The notes under the pieces are model-generated. The model had not been told where the DNA came from, did no database searches, and saw nothing but the letters and a program-made list of their open reading frames with translations. A program made the translations under genes and the position numbers. Below are positions 11,665-23,151 of a DNA stretch of 64,000 bases, piece by piece. Where the stretch lies: the NCBI GenBank assembly GCA_907165135.1, contig OU015566.1, positions 7,688,001 to 7,752,000 on the forward strand. The letters run 5' to 3'. The stretch comes from Oikopleura dioica. Its lineage: Eukaryota > Animalia > Chordata. How positions within the stretch are numbered: position 1 is the stretch's first letter; each line of letters opens with the position of its first letter.

Positions 11665-14600
11665 TCATTTGCACTTGTAGACCTTTTTGGTGACTTCGCA
11701 CTGCTCGCATTCAATTTGGCAACACCACTTGAACTCGCAGTTGCATTCTTCGATCACCTTAAAATTTTGTTAAACTCAATTTAATAAGAAGGCTCACCTT
11801 GAATTGCTCTTTGTAGTAGCCTCGTCCACAGCACATTTTCTTACAGCCGTTATCGCCCTCTGACTTTGGATCACACTCTCTTTCAGAAGTGCCCAAAATG
11901 TTCTTTTTCCTGTCTGGTTTGCAGAAATTCGGGCTCTTCTGAATCCACCACAGATCATCGTCAGGTAGAACTTTTCGCTTCTCTCGGGTATTCGGATCTT
12001 TGAGCTCTACTTCTTCGACAATGTGGCCTCCTACAGTATGTCGTTTCTTGACACTGAGTTTGATCCGCTGAGAGGAATCGTACTTTTCTTTGAGGACATT
12101 TCCGATTGTTCGAATGTCTGCCACATCGTGCCAGCATGTTTTTTGATTACAGCTTCCAGACATTCCGTGGCACTTGCAGGTCACCTGAGCTCATTTTGAG
12201 AATTGAAATCAAGGAAGAGTACCCTTTACCTTTTTCGTTCGCTCGACAGTGTTTCTACCAGCGTCCGAATTGTGAAGATTCATTTTGAGTTTTGCGATTC
12301 TGTGGTGGATTTTTTCTTTTTCTATGCGTCCCTTTTTCTTGAAGAAGTGACATAATTTGTCAGCATCCGGGCTGCGATCGTTTACAGCGCGGAGGCACTT
12401 TTCTGACTCGCCATAAGCTTCCATGTCGGCAATGTCGACGAATTGGCGAGCGAAGGTTTTTGCGTAGCCGATGTTGTCACCGCATCTATCCCACTCAGTT
12501 CCCTAAAAATTCAGTTAACGATAATACAAGGCCAAAATCTGTAAAAAGGAACTAGGTAGTTAAACCATATTTTTAGTTAAAAACCTAACTCTTAGGTAGA
12601 ACACTTTACTGTAGCTGTGTAAATGGAAACAATTGTGATTTGGAGTTCTGATCTAATGAAGGCGCTAATTGAATTGATTCCGCGCCAAAAGCAATTTTTA
12701 TAAATTTAGAAATTTACAGCCAACTGCAAATCCTCTTAAAATTGATTGATCCTCAAGTATATCCTGCTGCTTATTAGCGCAAAAGATCTGAACTTTAATG
12801 ATTCAGGTTCAATTTCCTCAGTGGTATTTGAAAAACCCATAAACATCGCGACAAGAAAATTGAAGCTTGTCCACCGCCAAAAAATATTTCAAACGCGAGC
12901 TGAGCCACTTGAGTTGACCTTTCGACGGCGGAGAATACTGCCAAGGTAAGTTACATCCGCAGATGGTGTTTTATACAACCGAGAGGGAGGCGAGAGTGAC
13001 AATTTTGAACAGCAGCCACATTTGCCTCTTTCCTGAAGCGCTTTTTTAATCCGGCCACCCGGCGCGCGTGGCATCTTCCTTGATATCGAGATCAAGAATG
13101 CCATGTTGTAATTGCCGTTTAATTAATCCGTAAAAGCTATCTCCTCTGCGCCGTAAAAAACTTCACCACTGCCGCCTATGTGGAAGTGATTACTACCTTT
13201 CAAACGTATTTATTTGATCAATGAACACTTTAGTGGCTTGTTTTTTTCGCGAAAGGTGAAACGTTTCTGATTGATCACTCCCTATTGCTAGAAAGAATTT
13301 AGAAATTAAGGAAGGCAAACCAAAAAAATAATATTTCTCCAAGGCGCGGTATGGCGTTTTGACTTTGCAGGTGTCAGTAGACCCTTATTGTACTGAGCAC
13401 TCGCTTGTGGATCAATCAAATCCTGCACGGATATTTCAGCAGCTTTGGCTTTGTCTCGCCGACTTTTATAAAATATATAACAATGAGATGCTACTTTCCG
13501 GCTGATGTTCGTTCCTGGTCATTTTTTGTATAAGTCTTAATTGAGGTCAAAATAGAGCGTCAAGTTGGACCTTCCAAATAAACTTTTCCTCCGTCTGAGT
13601 GCCTCTTGTACCGATCTTGCTAGTCGACGATAATTTGCCTCACACATGTGCCCCCTTCTGAAACCCACAACACATGGGAGCTCATCAATCAAGTAAAAAA
13701 AAGAAGCTCCCCAAAAATCACTCCTCCAGCCGCACAAGCGACAATTATTTCGCGGCTTCCACAGGTTTCCTCTCACCCTCAGAATGACAAATGATCGAAA
13801 GGGTACTCACCGGTGGTAAATGAAATGGTGCCGCTTGGTAGAACATTCCACTCGATCCGCATTTGCAGGCGGCGAGATTTCTCCGACAGGCCATGGCGAG
13901 CTCCCGAACCAGAGATGCGGAGGTTATCGCGGTAATAAATGCGGTTTCTTTCGTCCCTAAAAAGATCGTATTTATGACTTTTTGACCTGTATTGCTCTCT
14001 TACCGGCTTTTGCATGGCGACCGTAGATAGTGTCTTTTCTACTTTTCTGAAAATCGGTACAGTTCCATGCTGCGCTATGAAATTGACTTTGACACTCTTG
14101 AAGAGCATTTTTTGAAGCCAAATTGACATAGTTCATGTGATCGAGCTAGAAATTCCATAATTTTCTTCACTTCGATCCGGGGCAAACCTTTGACTGACAT
14201 AGCTGCTCCTGCTTCTTTGTCAAATGTCTGGATTTACAGTTTCTTTTGAGCCAGTTTCTTTCTGGGAGTGACCTAAGCACTAGATTTATGTCTATTCAAG
14301 AAGGAACTTCAAAGCAGCTCCCCTCTGAGAGCAAGTTCAAGGATTTAGTTGTATCTTTTTTGATGATTTGTGTGATTCGAAGCATTTTCAATCAAGTTAG
14401 AGCAATTTGTTGATTTGCGGTTTTCTTGATCTTTGCGTGCCCTGGTAGAACCAAAAGGGCATCATGTGACCTATGATCGGAAGGGCCATCTTGGGGCGGC
14501 GAAAAATAGATCAGTTGATTGTAATTCCTCGACGTTAGCTCGTTTATAACTGTATAAGCGCAGTAAAATGTATTCAGAGGAAGCATCATGCTGAGGCTCC

Positions 14601-14880
14601 CGCCCCGGGGCAAGTCAATAAGATTAGAATAAAAAGTAAGATTACAATGAAAGAAAAACTGCCAGTAGAACTTAACATACCGGGGATCATAAGGCCAGTA
14701 CAAACTCCTGAGAAAGAAGTGTCAGTTTTAAAAGTGCTAAAATGTCTCTCAAAAAGGCAAACGAAGAAAATTGCCTTTTTGGCGCTAGAATTTATTCCCA
14801 AAAGTTAATACTCACGTCCATTCAGACGAGTGGACAATTGCGGCTAGCAAGAGTAGTAGTTTGTGTCGGATATGTGCCAT
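11665..14880 (-). CDS. wnt5: Wnt ligand, Wnt5 subfamily; 7 exons
   Basis: Signal exon MAHIRHKLLLLLAAIVHS (ATG 14880), then QECQSQFHSAAWNC, GTKETAFITAI..ACRR..CKCG, CGDNIGYAKTFARQFVD, MNLHNSDAGR, CKCHGMSGSC..KTCW...IGNVLKEKYDS, SEGDNGCKKMCCGRGY..QFK and CNCEFKWCC...CK-stop. LKEKYDS, CGDNI.Y..FA..FVD and SEG..GC..MCCGRGY..QFK match Wnt5 as I recall it. All introns are GT-AG. Confidence 0.9.
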
Positions 14881-16680
14881 TTGAATTGGATCAGTTTCCA
14901 GACGACCTCATCCGGCTCAGCGTTCTCAGGTTCTCCAACTTAGGGCTGCGGCCAGCTAATTATACTCGGCTTAGGTAAGGTTCGCTGCAGCGCGGTTTTC
15001 TTCTGATCCAGTTTTTTCTTCGGCGAATGAACTAAAGATATTTTAATTGAAATGCTGGTGCTGAAAAATCAGAAGTGTTGACGTTTCGGAAACATCTAAT
15101 TTTCAGAATTTTCGATTATTTCGCCAAGGCAAGCACCTGAGGGAACAAACGTTTTCTGACAAGTTTATCGAGCGATTATTTCACTCACTCCAGGGCACTA
15201 CGAATATCTGACAACTACTTCCGTCACTTTTGCTCTCGAAGCATTTTCGGTCAAACGAGCTGAAGGAGCAAAAGAACATGAGAAAGTGAAGAAAGTTGAC
15301 CTTGATCCTCACATTTTGCGGATAAGAAGTAGCAAAGGTGTGAAAGTGTTTCCCGACCGCAATCACGTTTGGTTTAGCCGCTTGCCTGATCACACCAAGT
15401 GGTCACGTGAGCCGTGCGCCTTTCGCGCGGGGGATTTGAACAAGTGCCCTGAGCGCGCTAATTGCTTTGAGTCCGACAGCGAGACATTAGGCCACTTGAA
15501 ACTACAATAATCACCGTCAAGGCCAACATAAGGTTCTTTTTTTATGTAAAATTTGCGAACGCGAGCGCTTCTGTCATCAGTAAATCGACAATATTTGCCT
15601 TGACCTCTGAAGTTTTATTGAAAATCTAAGAGTTCAACCGCGATTTTCAAGAATTTTTATGTCATTCAGTTTTGCCACAACTACAAATTTTACGAAGAAA
15701 AGCATCAAAAGCATGACAACAGACGCGCTCGTGCGTAAACTTGCCCGTTTACGATTGCATTTTAATAATGCAAGCGCTGTAAAGAGTATCCCACCGCAAG
15801 GAGGTGATTTAACTATTCGTTTTCTGCGCAATATTTAATGTCAAAAGGAGCTTTCGTGTTTACGATCTTTCTCAAGCTTCAAGCTCACGATCATGTCTTT
15901 CTCAATAGTCTTTAATCTTCAAAGACTATCAAAAATAGTTGAATATCTCCTCTTCCCGGAAAAAAGTATGAAAAAGCGCTGCACCTGAAGTAATATCGCG
16001 GCCGGCGCTATCGCTGAAAATACATTTTTTTCGATCAAAGTTTGGACAAGTTCCATAATTTTGTAAGGCGCGTTCTTTCCAACCAGTACCTGGTCGATAG
16101 TCTTGGCCATCCCCTTCTCTAGCCAAGCGACCGTAATTTATCAAGCTCAAGAAAAAGGATGAATCACTTGAAAATTGTCATTGTCACCCAACAATGCGCG
16201 GCGGACAGTTGCACGCGCTTGGCGGAGGTAATTTTTGCCCCAACAGGAAACGGCCTGTTGAGAAAACGGTTCACTTATAACCCGTTATTATCGGCCAAGT
16301 CACTACTTTATAATTACGATTTGTCGTGTACTGCGGCGGTTTGACCTTTTCCGCGCTTTTATTGTAATCCAGAAGAGTTAAAGAAGGATTGCTTTTTGCC
16401 AAAAATTAATGATAAACAAATGGGTTTTACTAGAGCTATCCCAAGATTGTCGACAAGAGTCTTGTCACAAGACACTGTTGGTCCAAGACTGCCCCTTATT
16501 CAAAAGTTTTGTCGACAATTTTGCAGTCAAAATGTCGACCTTGACGATTCATTTGTCAAGATTTTCAAGAATTCGCCTGGCAAAAATTTCAACCAAAACC
16601 AGCAGATAAAGCAGATTTATATTGTAAGAGCAAATCTCAGACTATAAGAATAAATTTACTATTTCTCCACGAAGCCGTTG

Positions 16681-17641
16681 TTAGCTCAGGTGCGGTGCTG
16701 TCCGCGGTGAAAAATGGTAGTGGCGGAAATCATTTATTTTTGAAAGCTTCGAAAAAAAGGGAGAAATTCCGATGCGAATTCCAGCATCACCGCCGGGGCT
16801 GAGTACGATTTTTGGCAGCGAAATCAGCGGCTGACCTCGAGGTCCAGCGAAAAAATGCAGCGTTTTGGCACCAGATTGATGAAATCCACAAGCCCTCTTG
16901 AAATGTGAATAACTCCGATTCAGATTAAGAAAAGAGAACGATCCCAGAAAACAAGATCCATGAGCGGAAAGACAAAGCGCCTCGGGGGTCATTCTCGGTG
17001 CCCAAATTGCGCCTTGAGTACCCTCCTGAAACTATTCTAGTGTCGGCGCACCAAACATCTTGACCTGGCCGATACAAGCGCTTATCGCTCAAAAATATTT
17101 GCGCGAGCAATAATAAACAAATTACAGTTTCTTGAGCCGTTCCGACTGTGATTGACACGCGCCGGGGGCTCCCGTTTTCTATTTTTTTTCTTTTCGTTGG
17201 CGATTCTCTTATTTTGCTTGTTTCCTGGGCCGCCGACCTTGAGCTATCAAAAAGTACATTTTCGACAAGCTTGATATCTTTGAAAGGCGATAAGGGCTTT
17301 GATTAAAAGAAGGTGAATTCCGCCGCCGCCACTGCGGCTTTCTTACAGTCAAATTTAGCTAGAGAGTTGGTGGCACGAAGCAGCTTCTGTTTCTATTGCA
17401 TTTAAAGAAGAAAGATCAAAGAAACGATTATTTTAAATAAAACTGTCGAGGAAACAAATTTACAACTTCCTAGCTCGATATTCTGACTTTGAATTTCTGA
17501 ATTGAAAGAACTCCCGTGGCGAGGCGAATCAGACTTCAATGTTGGGAGAGAGTACCCAGCAGGGAACGACGTTTTTATTAGCTGCAATTTCGAATTCCTC
17601 GAAAAGCTAGTTTTGGAATTCTGATTCGGAATTGAAGGCAA
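16681..17641 (-). CDS. Possible uncharacterised gene (basic, SP/CDK-site-rich exon)
   Basis: Open exon-like stretch at ~17130-17360 bounded by AG and GT: LNLTVRKPQWRRRNSPSF...SPFK...ESPTKRKKIENGSPRRVS. The flanking exons could not be joined unambiguously. Confidence 0.3.
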
Positions 17642-18375
17642 CTCTGTTTCGTAGAAAAGTATTAAAAGAAAGCGTGTACTTATTGTATATCAAATAGAAT
17701 TACGTTACGAAAGTCAAACAGGTGTCATTGATATGTTTTAAAACGTAAAAAGCAGGGTTTTACACACGTAAGCTCTTGAAAATATTTAATCAACAGCGGA
17801 ATCCATGTTAACGTGCCATTATGAAGTGCGCCCTATCAAGTGAAGTCAAACAATGATCGAATGGGAAATTCAAAAGGTACTTTTCATTCGGTTTTCTTTC
17901 AAAAACTCTGGTTTGCTTTCTTACCTAACAGAAAATTGCAGGTATCTTCAAGTAGATTTTCTTCCGTTGAGTCTCTCTGTTTCGCAGTTTTACTGTTTTA
18001 GCTTCCGATTGTAAGTTGTCGATCGAAAAAAGAACTTGGATTTTTCTTTCTTCTTTTTTTTGTGACTTTTACTAATACAAGCTTGAATCTGTTCTGTTGG
18101 CTTTGTTGAGCTGCTAAGAAGTTTTTGGAGATAAGCTGGTTTATGGAGACCGCGGTTTTCCGTGCGAGCGCGATCCCGAGCGCCACCGAGTGAGAACGGG
18201 CGACGCGCGTTTTTGAGGATTTTATTGGACCGATAATTAATTTCTCTTTGTAAAGGAATTAATGCTGAAGTTCTATATAAGTTTATTGGTTGAAATTACG
18301 CCGAGTAAAGTGAATCTTTATAGAGGAGTAATCCTCTATTCATTCATTTTTTTATAATTTGAAATAGCAAGTAAA

Positions 18376-18839
18376 CAGGGATCTAAATTTTTGCCGAAAA
18401 TCAATTGCGATTGCGATGCGATTGCGACGCAAAATACTCCGAAAATTGCGATGCGATTGCGATTTTTTTCGCAAATTGCGAATTTTTCGCGAGTTGCGAT
18501 TTTGTCGCTATTTGCGAAATTTTAGCGAAAAAATTAACTTTTCAAAGAATTAAAGAAATTTTTTTGAAGTCAGGCTTTCAATTTAGCCTTTAGAGCACAG
18601 AATATATGCTCTGAGTCAAAAAACACTCATGTCAGAATACCAAGGGAGTATTTTGACAAGACCTAAATTCGCAAAAAAATCGCAATTTGCGAATTATTAG
18701 CGAAAACTGAGTTGCGATTGCGATGCGATTGCGATTCGATCAAAAAAGTTTTTGCGATTGCGAATTTTCTGCGAAATTTCGCATCGCAATCGCAAAATAT
18801 TCGCAAATTGCGATTTTCGCGAAAAAATTTAGATCCCTG
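18376..18839. mobile_element. 464-bp hAT-type MITE with subterminal TTGCGA/TCGCAA repeat arrays
   Basis: 17-bp perfect TIR CAGGGATCTAAATTTTT, extending imperfectly to ~27 bp. Perfect 8-bp TSD caagtaaa at 18368-18375 and 18840-18847. No transposase ORF. Confidence 0.9.
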
Positions 18840-19460
18840 CAAGTAAACTATCGAAAAGAAATCCAATATTACAAAAGATTAAATTTCATTTATGTATTCA
18901 ACATTTTTCAACCGAGATGGGTCATCCCATTCCTCTTTTTTATGTTTTGATTTTTGCTATCTTTGCCCTTCAAAGAATAGCCCGAAATATCTGGGGAGGA
19001 AAGTTGTGAAAAGATAATTTTACGTTACTGGTTTTTTTATATTATAGTTGCGGAAGCAAGATTGATTGTTTAATTATAATTTTAAAATCTCAAGAATCCA
19101 TTATCATAAATAACAAGGCTCGTCACGTCGCCATGCTCGTCATGATTTCAAAATAGGTCGAGGAAGCGTGAGTGAATCGCCTGCGGCTGGCACCTGTTCT
19201 AACCCTGTGCCCTCCCTTCATCCCTTTTTTTCTTTATCGTCATTAGCACTGTTCCTTTCAAGCTTTTTTCAAGCCCAAATATTTGTTTGTACTTTTTTCA
19301 ATATCAAATAAAGCGAGTAAAATGTGGATCATTCCTGAGTTTATGCTCCTCAGATTCAAAACAGCTCAGGAAAGGGTTGAAGAAAATAAATTTTCTGAAG
19401 AGTTTTGCTCAAGATTTCGACCTATAAGAACAGCCCGCCACGTGCGCTAAGAGATCAAAA

Positions 19461-22039
19461 ATGACAAGTTCAAAGTCGACGGACATAAGAGCGACCATTG
19501 TTCTAGACAAATATGGGCACGTCAATTCATTGACATCCCGATGCGCTGATATCATCGGACCTGGAGTCGACGACTTTTTAAAAAATCAAAAATTCACCGA
19601 CTTTCTCGTCGATTTTTCTGAAGAAGAGCTTGTTCAGGTTTGTCATTTTCAAGCTTAACAAATGATAAATTATATTGTCAGGGCGAATATCTTGCAGAAT
19701 TCAAGCGCCCAGATGGCCGAATAGTTGGAATTCAATTGACGATCATGCTGAATCTCGTGGATGAATCTGGTGGACTCGTCATTTTCCTCCGTCCTGTTGA
19801 TCGTTTCATCTTTGAGCTCGTCATCAACGAAGATGGAATCATCCTTGACATGGAAAACGAGCTCGGGGAAATCATACCAGAACTGCAAGACGGAGTGATC
19901 GAAGAAATCATAGAAGAAGATCAAATACCGTTTGGAGACAGAAATAAACGACACCCAGTTACAGTCAAAACTCGCTTCGGATACTCAGTAAAGGGGCGCG
20001 CTTCTTCTGCGAGGCTCCTTTGACAGAGAAGATGGAAGGGTGTTCATGTACGATGTTGAAATCTTGAAATCAATCTCGGGCAGTTTACGATGCGATAGTC
20101 GAGGAAAAATATCGAAGATTGAGGACCCGCTGAAAATCCACGGATTTGCCTCTGACATTTTTCACGAGCAGGTAAAGACCTAAACAGCCTCTAAAAGTGT
20201 CTTCTTCATTCACCGATCGTAAAATATTCTCTTCCTTGATTTCATAAAACTGCTCAGGATGTCATGGAGGCAATATCCTTTCCAGAAGACAGTCTCTACG
20301 ACACTCCAGCTCCAAAGACCCGTCCATTCAGTCCTCTCGCCCAGCGACTCCGACATAGACCGAAACCTTTTGTGAAAAATTATCAAAAATCAAATGCCTC
20401 CGGAGAACGTCTTTTCAGCCTCGCACAGGAAGGAATTCTCTAGTTCAGGGAAAATACGAATTATAACAGCTTAGAATTCTCAAAAGCAAAGTGGCTGGTT
20501 TGAAATCGTGACTAGGAAGAGGTGTTGATTTCTCTTAGAAAAGATCAATTTCTTTCGCTCTTTTCTATTTCTATCGCTTTATCGTGCTTCTTGCGCGCTT
20601 CAGAGTACTACAGAGATGTGAATTTAGTACAGTGAAAGGGATAAGATTTTTTGTCAGTTTCCTATAACTTTGCACCTCATCGTTTGGGCACGCATTACGC
20701 GGGCGCGTCCGTGTGGTCAGCCAATCCGGCCGCATCTTCAAACTGATACTGGGACGGGTCTGCCAAGGTCATCTCTTTTTCTCCTCCCTTTTTTCGTTGC
20801 CCCAGGGCTCCGTCTCAAAATCATCGAGTTTGCTGGTGAAGAACGAGAGTAATTATCGTTTTACCGGTTCGGGTATCGAGCCTGACTTAGAGAAACCAAC
20901 AGACCCGGAAAAAAAGCATATTCAACTAAATCGACTTGAAGAAGATTTGAAAATTATGGCGACGAGAACGCAGGTTCAAGATGCAGAAGATGTCAGAATC
21001 GATAGAAACTTAGTCTTAGAGAAGAATCGTATGGGTCCAAAATTTGATCGTTTTTTCAAACATTTTACGAATAATCATCGATTGATACTTAAAAATGATG
21101 CTAATTTTCGACCCTCTTTGGTATGAAGTTGGCTCTAGAATCGGAACCGGTGGTTATGGCCAGGTTCATTTTCTTCAAGAAAAACGATCAGCTCAAACTG
21201 TCCGCGTTGGAAAATTCATTTTGAAGAGCAAAGTACAGAAGTGGTTTCCGCCTGGAAAACCGAACCCGCTACCATTGGAAGTGCACATCTGCTTGAATAT
21301 GGCGAACAGAAATGTGATGAAGTGTGTGGATTACGTAGACATCGACAGGAACTGGTTTTTGATGGTGATGCACGATCACAACGGAACAGGTTTTATTCGC
21401 AGAAAATAATTTGTGATTGTAATGTTGAATTAGATCTCTTTGACTTCATCGAGAAAAACGACGTTGTTGATGAGAAATTGAGTCACAAAATTTTCTCGCA
21501 ATTGGTCGGAGCCGTGCGTTACTTGTGCAACAAGGGGATAATTCACAGAGATATCAAGGATGAGAACGTCTTGATTGATGAAAATCACAATATCATCCTC
21601 ATTGGTAATTCAAAAATAAAATGTAGCATCATATTTAAACATGAGTTTTAAGATTTTGGATCAGCGATGCAAGTTTATGGAGACGTAGAAGATGTAATCA
21701 GCCCAAGGTTCTGCGGAACGGTCAAATACTGCCCTCCTGAAGCGGTAACGAATGAGAAATTCAGAGCGATGCCTGGTGAGATTTGGGCGATGGGGGTTCT
21801 TCTTTATACTGTTCTCCATGGAGGCAACCCTTTCTACGATGTCCAGGAGATTCTTCATTCAAGACTCGAGTTCGATGAACAGTAAGAGACAAAAGATTTG
21901 CAATGAATATAAAATTATATCCAGTCTGAGTCCCTTCGTCCAAGACATTCTTTGTGGCCTCCTCAATCGCGATGCTAGACGACGATACAGTCTGCGAGAC
22001 ATTGAACGACACGAATGGGTCAAATCAGGACCAAAGTGA
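19461..22039 (+). CDS. pask: PAS-domain serine/threonine kinase (compact PASK orthologue)
   Basis: N-terminal PAS-like exons from ATG 19461. Kinase motifs IGTGGYG, GKFILKSKV, LEVHI, DLFDFIE, HRDIKDEN, DFGSA, FCGTVKYCPPE, EIWAMGVLLY and GGNPF match PASK. There is an apparent frameshift at G-run 19993-19996 and a possible non-AG acceptor at 21110. Confidence 0.88.
20680..20740 (+). promoter_or_regulatory. GC-rich, CCAAT-containing promoter-like patch inside the long PASK intron
   Basis: gggcacgcattacgcgggcgcgtccgtgtggtcagccaatccggccgc, with CCAAT at 20721-20725, in otherwise AT-rich intron sequence. Confidence 0.3.
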
Positions 22040-22172
22040 ATTCGCATGATAACCTACTGTACATAGTTCTTTTACTTGAAAATTCTTCTGATACTCCCAT
22101 TTGGAAGAAAATCTGGGTTTTTAGACGTAGAATAAAATGAAAAAAATTCCGCAACGATATTTGTCTCTTCAA

Positions 22173-22949
22173 TCATTTAATTTCTCTTGATCCCAACCCC
22201 CGAGTGTGACAATATGAAGAGTACTTGAGCGGTAATCCATTGAGCACTGACGAGAAAGGCACACTTTGGCGAGTAGCAATTTTCTTCTTTACAATGGCAT
22301 CTATCGGATTCATAAGGTCAGGCGTCAGAGCTCCCGACTCAGGCAGGAATTGTTTTTATTTTTATGAAGCGGGAAGATGCAGCAGGAAGTGAAAAATAGT
22401 TCTGGATCGAGAGAGGAGCTTCGTGCTGTTAGGAAAATTTCACCGCCGAGGTATTGTTTCTGTGGATCTTCAAAAATTGAGATTTTTAAGCTCGCCGGTT
22501 ACTGGAAAAATTACATGTTCAAAAGTCCAATCAACAGTCAATGCATTCGCGTTCCCAAAGCAGCCAAATTTGAAGTAAATAGATAGGCAAATACTTTTTT
22601 TAAATTAAAACTTAGCCGTCGAATGTCAACATCTGATGTCAGAACAAGAAGGATGAGCTTTGATGATTTTAAAGGCGGAATAAAGCAACGAAGAAACTCG
22701 AACCCCGGTGTTTTTGCTGGAAATATCTACATAAGGTATCAGCTCAGACTTTACTCATTCAGAAAGCTCAATGGTGTGAGTTTGACGATGAGAGTTATGA
22801 GTTTATAATCGCTAGCGTAATAATAAATAAAAGCGCTTTGAACTTTCATCAGCGTCGATTATCTTTCACATGACAATTTATAGCCGCCCCTGGTCTCGAA
22901 GAACATCATCAACAGAAGACGAAATCAAAAACATTAAAAACGGTGTCAT
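22173..22949 (-). CDS. Uncharacterised multi-exon gene convergent on PASK
   Basis: Protein-like exons: DYKLITLIVKLTPLSFLN; KLILLVLTSDVD; FGCFGNANALTVDWTFEH; DPQKQYLGGEIFLTARSSSLDPELFFTSCC; FLPESGALTPDL...GSREIK-stop. Some junctions are unresolved. Confidence 0.4.
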
Positions 22950-23151
22950 TCTTGAAGTCAAAAATCTCTGCGCACAAAATACATAGTAAATAAGAGATCA
23001 ATGTCGAAATGTTTAGAATGTATTTATACAGAGCACAGACGGAATTTGTACAGTTAGTTTTCTTGCTTTACAAATATTGCTTCTTTTTTGAATTTGATGG
23101 TATTGGTCCTTTGGTTGAGTGTTTTTAAAAATATCATTTTTTTCATTATTT

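Noticed and set aside
12889-13104. ORF MAFLISISRK... as the Wnt N-terminus or a nested gene
   Set aside because: The true Wnt5 N-terminal exons lie at 13810-14880. This ORF is intronic, has no domain, and overlaps a TATA-like, GC-rich patch.
18405-18950. ORFs 18405-18593, 18663-18866 and 18723-18950
   Set aside because: They are translations of the MITE's TTGCGA repeat arrays, not genes.
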